A stretch of 42,489 nt of DNA from Tubulanus polymorphus (taxonomy: Eukaryota; Animalia; Nemertea). Made by a program: the position numbers and the translations under genes. Below the pieces are notes generated by a model. It was not told the DNA's origin and did not search any database. It was given only the letters and a program-made list of their open reading frames with translations. Within the stretch, counting starts at the first letter, position 1; every line of letters starts with the position of its first letter. Shown here piece by piece: positions 10,801-25,700 of this stretch. The stretch is taken from assembly GCF_964204645.1 (NCBI RefSeq), contig NW_027437486.1, forward strand, positions 1 to 42,489, given 5' to 3'.

Positions 10801-13800
10801 CGTTTTTCGAACAACCACCGCCGGCACACTGACGACCGGACGGACGACTGACCTACTGCCTCTCTCCCTCCCTCACTGCACCGGGTCGTAACGCTGATCT
10901 AGGCCCGGTCAGCACTTAGTCGTTTTTCGAACAACAACCGCCGGCACACTGACTAACGGGCGGACGACGGACCTACTGCCTCCCTCCCTCCCTCCCTGAC
11001 CGGTGCCGGGTCGTAACGCTGATCAAGGCCCGGTCAGCACTTAGTCGTTTTTCGAACCAACACTGACGGCAGACTAACTAACGGGCGGACGATTGTCCGA
11101 CTGCCTCCCTCTCTCCCTCCCTCACTGCGCCGGGTCGTAATGCTGATCAAGGCCAGGTCAGCACTTAGTCGTTTTTCGAACAACCACCGCCGGCACACTG
11201 ACGATCGGATGGACGACCGACCTACTGCCTCCCTCCCTCCCTCCCTCACTGCACCGGGTCGTAACGCTGATCAAGGCCCGGTCAGCACTTAGTCGTTTTT
11301 CGAACTACCACCGCCGGCACACTGACGAACGAACGGACGACCGACCTACTGCCACCCTCCCTCCCTTCCTGACCGGTGCCGGGTCGTAACGCTGTTCATG
11401 GCCCGGTCAGCACTTAGTCGTTTTTCGAACAACAACCGCCGACACACTGACTAACGGGCGGACGACTGTCCTAGTGCCTCCCTCCCTCCCTCACTGCACC
11501 GGGTCGTAACGCTGATCAAGGCCCGGTCAGCACTTAGTCGTTTTTCGAACAACCACAGCCGGCACACTGACGAACGGATGGACGACCGACCTACTGTCCC
11601 CCTCCCTCCCACACTGCTCCGGGTCGTAACGCTGATCAAGGCCCGGTCAGCACTTAGTCGTTTTTCGAACCAGCACTGACGGCAGACTAACTAACGGGCG
11701 GACGATTGTCCAACTGCCTCCCTGTCTCCCTCCCTCACTGCGCCGGGTCGTAATGCTGATCAAGGCCCGGTCAGCACTTAGTCGTTTTTCGAACAACCAG
11801 CACTGCCGGCACACTGACTAACGGGCGGACGACCGACCTACTGCCTCCCTCCCTCCCTCACTGCACCGGGTCGTAACGCTGATCAAGGCCCGGTCAGCAC
11901 TTAGTCGTTTTTCGAACAACGATCACTGCCGGCACACTGACAAACGGACGGACAACCGACGTACTGCCTCCCTCCCTCCCTCAATGCTCTGGGTCGTAAC
12001 GCTGATCAAGGCCCGGTCAGCACTTTGTCGTTTTTCGAACTACCACCGCCGGCACACTGACGAACGGACGGACGACCGACCTACTGCCTCCCTCCCTCCC
12101 TCCCTGACCGGTGCCGGGTCGTAACGCTGATCAAGGCCCGGTCAGCACTTAGTCGTTTTTCGAACAACCACCGCCGGCACACTGACGTACGAACGGACGA
12201 CCGACCTACTGCCACCCTCCCTCCCTTCCTGACCGGTGCCGGGTCGTAACGCTGTTCATGGCCCGGTCAGCACTTAGTCGTTTTTCGAACAACAACCGCC
12301 GACACACTGACTAACGGGCGGACGACAGTCCTAGTGCCTCCCTCCCTCCCTCACTGCGCCGGGTCGTAACGCTGATCATGGACCGGTCAGCACTTAGTTG
12401 TTTTTCGAACAACCACCGCCGGCACACTGACGAACGGATGGACGACTGACCTACTGCCTCCCTCCTTCCCTCCCTCACTGCACCGGGTCGTAACGCTGAT
12501 CAAGACCCGGTCAGCACTTAGTCGTTTTTCGAACAACCACCGCCGGCACACTGACGAACGGACGGACGACCCGACCTACTGCCTCCCTCCCTCCCTCCCT
12601 CACTGCTCCGGGTCGTAACGCTGATCAAGGCCCGGTCAGCACTTAGTCGTTTTTCGAACAACCACCGCCGGCACACTGACGAACGAACGGACGACCGACC
12701 TACTGCCACCCTCCCTCCTTCCTGACCGGTGCCGGGTCGTAACGCTGTTCATGGCCCGGTCAGCACTTAGTCGTTTTTCGAACAACAACCGCCGACACAC
12801 TGACTAACGGGCGGACGACAGTCCTAGTGCCTCCCTCCCTCCCTCACTGCACCGGGTCGTAACGCTGATCATGGCCCGGTCAGCACTTAGTCGTTTTTCG
12901 AACTACCACCGCCGGCACACTGACGAACGGATGGACGACCGACCTACTGCCTCCCTCCCTCCCTCCCTGACCAGCGCCGGGTGGTAACGCTGATCAAGGC
13001 CCGGTCAGCACTTAGTCGTTTTTCGAACAACCACCGCCGGCACTCTGACGAACGAACGGACGACCGACCTACTGCCACCCTCCCTCCCTTCCTGACCGGT
13101 GCCGGGTCGTAACGCTGTTCATGGCCCGGTCAGCACTTAGTCGTTTTTTCGAACAACCACCGCCGGCACACTGACGAACGGATGGACGACCGACCTACTG
13201 CCTCCCTCCCTCCCTCCCTCACTGCACCGGGTCGTAACGCTGATCAAGGCCCCGGTCAGCACTTAGTCGTTTTTCGAACAACCACCGCCGGCACACTGAC
13301 GAACGGATGGACGACCGACCTACTGCCTCCCTCCCTCCCTCCCTCACTGCACCGGGTCGTAACGCTGATCAAGGCCCGGTCAGCACTTAGTCGTTTTTCG
13401 AACTACCACCGCCGGCACACTGACGAACGGATGGACGACCGACCTACTGCCTCCCTCCCTCCCTCCTGACCAGCGCCGGGATGTAACGCTGATCAAGGCC
13501 CGGTCAGCCCTTAGTCGTTTTTCGAACAACCACCGCCGGCACACTGACGAACGGACGGACGACCGACCTACTGCCTCCCTCCCTCCCTCACTGCACCGGG
13601 TCGTAACGCTGATCATGGCCCGGTCAGCACTTAGTCTTTTTTCGAACTACCACCGCCGGCACACTGACGAACGGACGGACGGACGACCGACCTACTGCCT
13701 CCCTCCCTCCCCCCTCCCTGACCGGTGCCGGGGTCCGTAACGCTGATCAAGGCCCGGTCAGCACTTAGTCGTTTTTCGAACAACCACCGCCGGCACACTG

Positions 13801-16720
13801 ACGAACGAACGGACGACCGACCTACTGCCTCCCTCCCTCCCTCAATGCTCCGGGTCGTAACGCTGATCAAGGCCCGGTCAGCACTTAGTCGTTTTTCGAA
13901 CAACCACCACCGGCACACTGGCGAACGGACGGACGACCGACCTACTGCCTCCCTCCCTCCCTCACTGCACCGGGTCGTAACGCTGATCAAGGCCCGGTCA
14001 GCACTTAGTCGTTTTTCGAACAACCACCACCGGCACACTGACGAACGGACGGACGACCGACCTACTGCCTCCCTCCCTCCCTCCCTGACCGGTGCCGGGT
14101 CGTAACGCTGATCAAGGCCCGGTCAGCACTTAGTCGTTTTCGAACAACCACCGCCGGCACACTGACGAACGGATGGACGACCGACCTACTGCCTCCCTCC
14201 CTCCTCCCTCACTGCACCGGGTCGTAACGCTGATCAAGACCCGGTCAGCACTTAGTCGTTTTTCGAACAACCACCGCCGGCACACTGACGAACGGACGGA
14301 CGACCGACCTACTGCCTCCCTCCATCCCTCACTGCACGGGTCGTAACGCTGATCAAGGCCCGGTCAGCACTTAGTCGTTTTTCGAACTACCACCGCCGGC
14401 ACACTGACGAACGGATGGACGACCGACCTACTGCCTCCCTCCCTCCCTCCCTCACTGCACCGGATCGTAACGCTGATCAAGGCCCGGTCAGCACTTAGTC
14501 GTTTTTCGAACAACCACCGCCGGCACACTGACGAACGGATGGACGACCGACCTACTGTCCCCCTCCCTCCCACACTGCTCCGGGTCGTAACGCTGATCAA
14601 GGCCCGGTCCAGCACTTAGTCTTTTTTCGAACTACCACGCCGGCACACTGACGAACGGACGGACGACCGACCTACTGCCTTCCTCCCTCCCTACCTAACC
14701 GGTGCCGGGTCGTAACGCTGATCAAGGCCCGGTCAGCACTTAGTCGTTTTTCGAACAACCACCGCCGGCACACTGACGAACGAACGGACGACCGACCTAC
14801 TGCCTCCCTCCCTCCCTCACTGCACCGGGTCGTAACGCTGATCATGGCCCGGTCAGCACTTAATCGTTTTTCGAACAACCACCGCCGGCACACTGACGAA
14901 CGGATGGACGACCGACCTACTGCCTCCCTCCCTCCCTCCCTCACTGCACCGGGTCGTAACGCTGATCAAGGCCGGTCAGCACTTAGTCGTTTTTCGAACC
15001 AACACTGACGGCAGACTAACTAACGGGCGGACGATTGTCCGACTGCCTCCCTCTCTCCCTCCCTCACTGCGCCGGGTCGTAATGCTGATCAAGGCCCGGT
15101 CAGCACTTAGTCGTTTTTCGAACAACCAGCACTGCCGGCACACTGACTAACGGGCGGACGACCGACCTACTGCCTCCCTCCCTCCCTCACTGCACCGGGT
15201 CGTAACGCTGATCAAGGCCCGGTCAGCACTTAGTCGTTTTCGAACCATCACTGCCGGCACACTGACAAACGGACGGACGACCGACCTACTGCCTCCCTCC
15301 CTCCCTCACTGCACCGGGTCGTAACGCTGATCATGGCCCGGTCAGCACTTAGTCGTTTTTCGAACTACCACCGCCGGCACACTGACGAACGGATGGACGA
15401 CCGACCTACTGCCTCCCTCCCTCCCTCCCTCACTGCACCGGGTCGTAACGCTGATCAAGGCCCGGTCAGCACTTAGTCGTTTTTCGAACAACCACCGCCG
15501 GCACACTGACGAACGGATGGACGACCGACCTACTGCCTCCCTCCCTCCCTCACTGCACCGGGTCGTAACGCTGATCAAGACCTCGTCAGCACTTAGTCGT
15601 TTTTCGAACAACCACCGCCGGCACACTGACGAACGGACGGACGACCGACCTACTGCCTCCCTCCCTCCCTCACTGCACCGGGTCGTAACGCTGATCAAGG
15701 CCCGGTCAGCACTTAGTCGTTTTTCGAACTACCACCGCCGGCACACTGACGAACGAACGGACGACCGACCTACTGCCACCCTCCCTCCCTTCCTGACCGG
15801 TGCCGGGTCGTAACGCTGTTCATGGCCCGGTCAGCACTTAGTCGTTTTTCGAACAACAACCGCCGACACACTGACTAACGGGCGGACGACTGTCCTAGTG
15901 CCTCCATCCCTCCCTCACTGCACCGGGTCGTAACGCTGATCATGGCCCGGTCAGCACTTAGTCGTTTTTCGAACAACCACCGCCGGCACACTGACGAACG
16001 GACGGACGACCGACCTACTGCCTCCCTCCCTCCCTCACTGCACCGGGTCGTAACGCTGATCAAGGCCCGGTCAGCACTTAGTCGTTTTTCGAACTACCAC
16101 CGCCGGCACACTGACGAACGGATGAACGACCGACCTACTGCCTCCCTCCCTACCTCCCTGACCAGCGCCGGGTCGTAACGCTGATTAAGGCCCGGTCAGC
16201 CCTTAGTCGTTTTTCGAACAACCATCACTGCCGGCACACTGACTAACGGACGGACGACCGACCTACTGCCTCCCTCCCTCCCTCAATGCTCCGGGTCGTA
16301 ACGCTGATCAAGGCCCGGTCAGCACTTAGTCGTTTTTCGAACAACCATCACTGCCGGCACACTGATAAACGGACGGACGACCGACCTACTGCCTCCCTCC
16401 CTCCCTCAATGCTCCGGGTCGTAACGCTGATCAAGGCCCGGTCAGCACTTAGTCGTTTTTCGAACAACCACCGCCGGCACACTGGCGAACGGACGGACGA
16501 CCGACCTACTGCCTCCCTCCCTCCATCACTGCTCCGGGTCGTAAAGCTGATCAAGGGCCGGTCAGCACTTAGTCGTTTTTCGAATAACCACCTTCGAACT
16601 ACCACCGCCGGCACAATGACGAACGGACGGACGACCGACCTACTGCCTCCCTCCCTCCCTCCCTGACCGGTGCCGGGTCGTAACGCTGATCAAGGCCCGG
16701 TCAGCACTTAGTCGTTTTTC

Positions 16721-19700
16721 GAACAACAACCGCCGACACACTGACTAACGGGCGGACGACTGTCCTAGTGCCTCCCTTCCTCCCTCACTGCACCGGGTCG
16801 TAACGCTGATCATGGCCCGGTCAGCACTTAGTCGTTTTCGAACAACCACCGCCGGCACACTGACGAACGGATGGACGACCGACCTACTGCCTCCCTCCCT
16901 CCCTCACTGCACCGGGTCGTAACGCTGATCAAGGCCCGGTCAGCACTTAGTCGTTTTTCGAACAACCATCACTGCCGGCACACTGATAAACGGACGGACG
17001 ACCGACCTACTGCCTCCCTCCCTCCCTCAATGCTCCGGGTCGTAACGCTGATCAAGGCCCGGTCAGCACTTAGTCGTTTTTCGAACTACTACCGCCGGCA
17101 CACTGACGAACGGATGGACGACCGACCTACTGCCTCCCTCCCTCCCTCCCTGACCAGCGCTGGGTCGTAACGCTGATCAAGGCCCGGTCAGCCCTTAGTC
17201 GTTTTTCGAACAACCATCACTGCCGGCACACTGACAAACGGACGGACAACCGACCTACTGCCTCCCTCCCTCCCTCAATGCTCTGGGTCGTAACGCTGAT
17301 CAAGGCCCGGTCAGCACTTTGTCGTTTTTCGAACTACCACCGCCGGCACACTGACGAACGGACGGACGACCGACCTACTGCCTCCCTCCCTCCCTCCCTG
17401 ACCGGTGCCGGGTCGTAACGCTGATCAAGGCCCGGTCAGCACTTAGTCGTTTTTCGAACTACTACCGCCGGCACACTGACGAACGGATGGACGACCGACC
17501 TACTGCCTCCCTCCCTCCCTCCCTGACCAGCGCTGGGTCGTAACGCTGATCAAGGCCCGGTCAGCCCTTAGTCGTTTTTCGAACAACGATCACTGCCGGC
17601 ACACTGACAAACGGACGGACAACCGACGTACTGCCTCCCTCCCTCAATGCTCTGGGTCGTAACGCTGATCAAGGCCCGGTCAGCACTTTGTCGTTTTTCG
17701 AACTACCACCGCCGGCACACTGACGAACGGACGGACGACCGACCTACTGCCTCCCTCCCTCCCTCCCTGACCGATGCCGGGTCGTAACGCTGATCAAGGC
17801 CCGGTCAGCACTTAGTCGTTTTTCGAACAACCACCGCCGGCACACTGACGAACGAACGGACGACCGACCTACTGCCACCCTCCCTCCCTTCCTGACCGGT
17901 GCCGGGTCGTAACGCTGTTCATGGCCCGGTCAGCACTTAGTCGTTTTTCGAACAACAACCGCCGACACACTGACTAACGGGCGGACGACAGTCCTAGTGC
18001 CTCCCTCCCTCCCTCACTGCGCCGGGTCGTAACGCTGATCATGGACCGGTCAGCACTTAGTCGTTTTTCGAACAGCAACCGCCGACACACTGACCAACGG
18101 GCGGACGACGGACCTACTGCCTCCCTCCCTCCCTCAATGCTCCGGGTCGTAACGCTGATCAAGGCCCGGTCAGCACTTAGTCGTTTTTCGAACAACCACC
18201 GCCGGCACACTGACGACCGGACGGACGACTGACCTACTGCCTCTCTCCCTCCCTCACTGCACCGGGTCGTAACGCTGATCTAGGCCCGGTCAGCACTTAG
18301 TCGTTTTTCGAACAACAACCGCCGGCACACTGACTAACGGGCGGACGACGGACCTACTGCCTCCCTCCCTCCCTCCCTCACTGCTCCGGGTCGTAACGCT
18401 GATCAAGGCCCGGTCAGCACTTAGTCGTTTTTCGAACAACCACCGCCGGCACACTGACGAACGGATGGACGACCGACCTACTGCCTCCCTCCCTCCCTCC
18501 CTCACTGCACCGGGTCGTAACGCTGATCAAGGCCCGGTCAGCACTTAGTCGTTTTTCGAACTACCACCGCCGGCACACTGACGAACGGATGGACGACCGA
18601 CCTACTGCCTCCCTCCCTCCCTCCCTGACCAGCGCCGGGATGTAACGCTGATCAAGGCCCGGTCAGCCCTTAGTCGTTTTTCGAACAACCACCGCCGGCA
18701 CACTGACGAACGGACGGACGACCGACCTACTGCCTCCCTCCCTCCCTCACTGCACCGGGTCGTAACGCTGATCATGGCCCGGTCAGCACTTAGTCTTTTT
18801 TCGAACTACCACCGCCGGCACACTGACGAACGGACGGACGACCGACCTACTGCCTCCCTCCCTCCCTCCCTGACCGGTGCCGGGTCGTAACGCTGATCAA
18901 GGCCCGGTCAGCACTTAGTCGTTTTTCGAACAACCACCGCCGGCACACTGACGAACGAACGGACGACCGACCTACTGCCTCCCTCCCTCCCTAAATGCTC
19001 CGGGTCGTAACGCTGATCAAGGCCCGGTCAGCACTTAGTCGTTTTTCGAACAACCACCACCGGCACACTGGCGAACGGACGGACGACCGACCTACTGCCT
19101 CCCTCCCTCCCTCACTGCACCGGGTCGTAACGCTGATCAAGGCCCGGTCAGCACTTAGTCGTTTTTCGAACAACCACCACCGGCACACTGACGAACGGAC
19201 GGACGACCGACCTACTGCCTCCCTCCCTCCCTCCCTGACCGGTGCCGGGTCGCAACGCTGATCAAGGCCCGGTCAGCACTTAGTCGTTTTTCGAACAACC
19301 ACCGCCGGCACACTGACGAACGGATGGACGACCGACCTACTGCCTCCCTCCCTCCCTCCCTCACTGCACCGGGTCGTAACGCTGATCAAGACCCGGTCAG
19401 CACTTAGTCGTTTTTCGAACAACCACCGCCGGCACACTGACGAACGGACGGACGACCGACCTACTGCCTCCCTCCATCCCTCACTGCACCGGGTCGTAAC
19501 GCTGATCAAGGCCCGGTCAGCACTTAGTCGTTTTTCGAACTACCACCGCCGGCACACTGACGAACGGATGGACGACCGACCTACTGCCTCCCTCCCTCCC
19601 TCCCTCACTGCACCGGATCGTAACGCTGATCAAGGCCCGGTCAGCACTTAGTCGTTTTTCGAACAACCACCGCCGGCACACTGACGAACGGATGGACGAC

Positions 19701-22700
19701 CGACCTACTGTCCCCCTCCCTCCCACACTGCTCCGGGTCGTAACGCTGATCAAGGCCCGGTCAGCACTTAGTCTTTTTTCGAACTACCACCGCCGGCACA
19801 CTGACGAACGGACGGACGACCGACCTACTGCCTTCCTCCCTCCCTCCCTGACCGGTGCCGGGTCGTAACGCTGATCAAGGCCCGGTCAGCACTTAGTCGT
19901 TTTTCGAACAACCACCGCCGGCACACTGACGAACGAACGGACGACCGACCTACTGCCACCCTCCCTCCCTTCCTGACCGGTGCCGGGTCGTAACGCTGTT
20001 CATGGCCCGGTCAGCACTTAGTCGTTTTTCGAACAACAACCGCCGACACACTGACTAACGGGCGGACGACTGTCCTAGTGCCTCCCTCCCTCCCTCACTG
20101 CACCGGGTCGTAACGCTGATCAAGGCCCGGTCAGCACTTAGTCGTTTTTCGAACAACCACCGCCGGCACACTGACGAACGGATGGACGACCGACCTACTG
20201 CCTCCCTCCCTCCCTCCCTCCCTCACTGCACCGGGTCGTAACGCTGATCAAGGCCCGGTCAGCACTTAGTCGTTTTTCGAACAACCACCGCCGGCACACT
20301 GACGAACGGATGGACGACCGACCTACTGCCTTCCTCCCTCCCTCACTGCTCCGAATCCTAACGCTGATCAAGGCCCGGTCAGCACTTAGTCGTTTTTCGA
20401 ACAACCACCGCCGGCACACTGACGAACGGACGGACGACCGACCTACTGCCTCCCACCCTCCCTCACTGCACCGGGTCGTAACGCTGATCAAGGCCCGGTC
20501 AGCACTTAGTCGTTTTTCGAACTACCACCGCCGGCACACTGACGAACGCATGGACGACCGACCTACTGCCTCCCTTCCTCCCTCCCTGACCAGCGCCGGG
20601 TCGTAACGCTGATCAAGGCCCGGTCAGTCCTTAGTCGTTTTTCGAACAACCATCACTGCCGGCACACTGACAAACGGACGGACGACCGACCAACTGCCTC
20701 CCTCCCTCCCTCACTGCTCGGGTCGTAACGCTGATCAAGGCCCGGTCAGCACTTAGTCGTTTTTCGAACTACCGCCGCCGGCACACTGACGAACGAACGG
20801 ACGACCGACCTACTTCCACCCTCCCTCCCTTCCTGACCGGTGCCGGGTCGTAACGCTGTTCATGGCCCGGTCAGCACTTAGTCGTTTTTTCAAACAACAA
20901 CCGCCGACACACTGACTAACGGGCGGACGACTGTCCTAGTGCCTCCCTCCCTCCCTCACTGCGCCGGGGTCGTAACGCTGATCATAGCCCGGTCAGCACT
21001 TAGTCGTTTTTCGAACAACCACCGCCGCACACTGACGAACGGATGGACGACCGACCTACTGCCTCCCTCCCTCCCTCCCTCACTGCACCGGTCGTAACGC
21101 TGATCAAGGCCCGGTCAGCACTTAGTCGTTTTTCGAACTACCACCGCCGGCACACTGACGAACGAACGGACGACCGACCTACTGCCACCCTCCCTCCCTT
21201 CCTGACCGGTGCCGGGTCGTAACGCTGTTCATGGCCCGGTCAGCACTTAGTCGTTTTTCAAACAACAACCGCCGACACACTGACTAATGGGCGGACGACT
21301 GTCCTAGTGCCTCCCTCCCTCCCTCACTGCGCCGGGTCGTAACGCTGATCATAGCTCGGTCAGCACTTAGTCGTTTTTCGAACAACCACCGCCGGCACAC
21401 TGACGAACGAACGGACGACCGACCTACTGCCGCCCTCCCTCCCTTCCTGACCGGTGCCGGGTCGTAACGCTGTTCATGGCCCGGTCAGCACTTAGTCGTT
21501 TTTCGAACAACAACCGCCGACACACTGACTAACGGGCGGACGACAGTCCTAGTGCCTCCCTCCCTCCTCACTGCGCCGGGTCGTAACGCTGATCATGGAC
21601 CGGTCAGCACTTAGTCGTTTTTCGAACAGCAACCGCCGACACACTGACCAACGGGCGGACGACGGACCTACTGCCTCCCTCCCTCCTCAATGCTCCGGGT
21701 CGTAACGCTGATCAAGGCCCGGTCAGCACTTAGTCGTTTTTCGAACAACCACCGCCGGCACACTGACGACCGGACGGACGACTGACCTACTGCCTCTCTC
21801 CCTCCCTCACTGCACCGGGTCGTAACGCTGATCTAGGCCCGGTCAGCACTTAGTCGTTTTTCGAACAACAACCGCCGGCACACTGACTAACGGGCGGACG
21901 ACGGACCTACTGCCTCCTCCCTCCCTCCCTCACTGCTCCGGGTCGTAACGCTGATCAAGGCCCGGTCAGCACTTAGTCGTTTTTCGAACAACCACCGCCG
22001 GCACACTGACGAACGGATGGACGACCGACCTACTGCCTCCCTCCCTCCCTCCCTCACTGCACCGGGTCGTAACGCTGATCAAGGCCCGGTCAGCACTTAG
22101 TCGTTTTTCGAACTACCACCGCCGGCACACTGACGAACGGATGGACGACCGACCTACTGCCTCCCTCCCTCCCTCCCTGACCAGCGCCGGGATGTAACGC
22201 TGATCAAGGCCCGGTCAGCCCTTAGTCGTTTTTCGAACAACCACCGCCGGCACACTGACGAACGGACGGACGACCGACCTACTGCCTCCCTCCCTCCCTC
22301 ACTGCACCGGGTCGTAACGCTGATCATGGCCCGGTCAGCACTTAGTCTTTTTTCGAACTACCACCGCCGGCACACTGACGAACGGACGGACGACCGACCT
22401 ACTGCCTCCCTCCCTCCCTCCCTGACCGGTGCCGGGTCGTAACGCTGATCAAGGCCCGGTCAGCACTTAGTCGTTTTTCGAACAACCACCGCCGGCACAC
22501 TGACGAACGAACGGACGACCGACCTACTGCCTCCCTCCCTCCCTCAATGCTCCGGGTCGTAACGCTGATCAAGGCCCGGTCAGCACTTAGTCGTTTTTCG
22601 AACAACCACCACCGGCACACTGGCGAACGGACGGACGACCGACCTACTGCCTCCCTCCCTCCCTCACTGCACCGGGTCGTAACGCTGATCAAGGCCCGGT

Positions 22701-25700
22701 CAGCACTTAGTCGTTTTTCGAACAACCACCACCGGCACACTGACGAACGGACGGACGACCGACCTACTGCCTCCCTCCCTCCCTCCCTGACCGGTGCCGG
22801 GTCGTAACGCTGATCAAGGCCCGGTCAGCACTTAGTCGTTTTTCGAACAACCACCGCCGGCACACTGACGAACGGATGGACGACCGACCTACTGCCTCCC
22901 TCCCTCCCTCCCTCACTGCACCGGGTCGTAACGCTGATCAAGACCCGGTCAGCACTTAGTCGTTTTTCGAACAACCACCGCCGGCACACTGACGAACGGA
23001 CGGACGACCGACCTACTGCCTCCCTCCATCCCTCACTGCACCGGGTCGTAACGCTGATCAAGGCCCGGTCAGCACTTAGTCGTTTTTCGAACTACCACCG
23101 CCGGCACACTGACGAACGGATGGACGACCGACCTACTGCCTCCCTCCCTCCCTCCCTCACTGCACCGGATCGTAACGCTGATCAAGGCCCGGTCAGCACT
23201 TAGTCGTTTTTCGAACAACCACCGCCGGCACACTGACGAACGGATGGACGACCGACCTACTGTCCCCCTCCCTCCCACACTGCTCCGGGTCGTAACGCTG
23301 ATCAAGGCCCGGTCAGCACTTAGTCTTTTTTCGAACTACCACCGCCGGCACACTGACGAACGGACGGACGACCGACCTACTGCCTTCCTCCCTCCCTCCC
23401 TGACCGGTGCCGGGTCGTAACGCTGATCAAGGCCCGGTCAGCACTTAGTCGTTTTTCGAACAACCACCGCCGGCACACTGACGAACGAACGGACGACCGA
23501 CCTACTGCCACCCTCCCTCCCTTCCTGACCGGTGCCGGGTCGTAACGCTGTTCATGGCCCGGTCAGCACTTAGTCGTTTTTCGAACAACAACCGCCGACA
23601 CACTGACTAACGGGCGGACGACTGTCCTAGTGCCTCCCTCCCTCCCTCACTGCACCGGGTCGTAACGCTGATCAAGGCCCGGTCAGCACTTAGTCGTTTT
23701 TCGAACAACCACCGCCGGCACACTGACGAACGGATGGACGACCGACCTACTGCCTCCCTCCCTCCCTCCCTCCCTCACTGCACCGGGTCGTAACGCTGAT
23801 CAAGGCCCGGTCAGCACTTAGTCGTTTTTCGAACAACCACCGCCGGCACACTGACGAACGGATGGACGACCGACCTACTGCCTTCCTCCCTCCCTCACTG
23901 CTCCGGGTCGTAACGCTGATCAAGGCCCGGTCAGCACTTAGTCGTTTTTCGAACAACCACCGCCGGCACACTGACGAACGGACGGACGACCGACCTACTG
24001 CCTCCCACCCTCCCTCACTGCACCGGGTCGTAACGCTGATCAAGGCCCGGTCAGCACTTAGTCGTTTTTCGAACTACCACCGCCGGCACACTGACGAACG
24101 CATGGACGACCGACCTACTGCCTCCCTTCCTCCCTCCCTGACCAGCGCCGGGTCGTAACGCTGATCAAGGCCCGGTCAGTCCTTAGTCGTTTTTCGAACA
24201 ACCATCACTGCCGGCACACTGACAAACGGACGGACGACCGACCAACTGCCTCCCTCCCTCCCTCACTGCTCCGGGTCGTAACGCTGATCAAGGCCCGGTC
24301 AGCACTTAGTCGTTTTTCGAACTACCGCCGCCGGCACACTGACGAACGAACGGACGACCGACCTACTGCCACCCTCCCTCCCTTCCTGACCGGTGCCGGG
24401 TCGTAACGCTGTTCATGGCCCGGTCAGCACTTAGTCGTTTTTCAAACAACAACCGCCGACACACTGACTAATGGGCGGACGACTGTCCTAGTGCCTCCCT
24501 CCCTCCCTCACTGCGCCGGGTCGTAACGCTGATCATAGCTCGGTCAGCACTTAGTCGTTTTTCGAACAACCACCGCCGGCACACTGACGAACGGATGGCT
24601 GACCTACTGCCTCTCTCCCTCCCTCACTGCACCGGGTCGTAACGCTGATCTAGGCCCGGTCAGCACTTAGTCGTTTTTCGAACAACAACCGCCGGCACAC
24701 TGACTAACGGGCGGACGACGGACCTACTGCCTCCCTCCCTCCCTCCCTGACCGGTGCCGGGTCGTAACGCTGATCAAGGCCCGGTCAGCACTTAGTCGTT
24801 TTTCGAACCAACACTGACGGCAGACTAACTAACGGGCGGACGATTGTCCGACTGCCTCCCTCTCTCCCTCCCTCACTGCGCCGGGTCGTAATGCTGATCA
24901 AGGCCAGGTCAGCACTTAGTCGTTTTTCGAACAACCACCGCCGGCACACTGACGAACGGATGGACGACCGACCTACTGCCTCCCTCCCTCCCTCCCTCAC
25001 TGCACCGGGTCGTAACGCTGATCAAGGCCCGGTCAGCACTTAGTCGTTTTTCGAACCAGCACTGACGGCAGACTAACTAACGGGCGGACGATTGTCCAAC
25101 TGCCTCCCTGTCTCCCTCCCTCACTGCGCCGGGTCGTAATGCTGATCAAGGCCCGGTCAGCACTTAGTCGTTTTTCGAACAACCAGCACTGCCGGCACAC
25201 TGACTAACGGGCGGACGACCGACCTACTGCCTCCCTCCCTCCCTCACTGCACCGGGTCGTAACGCTGATCAAGGCCCGGTCAGCACTTAGTCGTTTTTCG
25301 AACAACGATCACTGCCGGCACACTGACAAACGGACGGACAACCGACGTACTGCCTCCCTCCCTCCCTCAATGCTCTGGGTCGTAACGCTGATCAAGGCCC
25401 GGTCAGCACTTTGTCGTTTTTCGAACTACCACCGCCGGCACACTGACGAACGGACGGACGACCGACCTACTGCCTCCCTCCCTCCCTCCCTGACCGGTGC
25501 CGGGTCGTAACGCTGATCAAGGCCCGGTCAGCACTTAGTCGTTTTTCGAACAACCACCGCCGGCACACTGACGTACGAACGGACGACCGACCTACTGCCA
25601 CCCTCCCTCCCTTCCTGACCGGTGCCGGGTCGTAACGCTGTTCATGGCCCGGTCAGCACTTAGTCGTTTTTCGAACAACAACCGCCGACACACTGACTAA

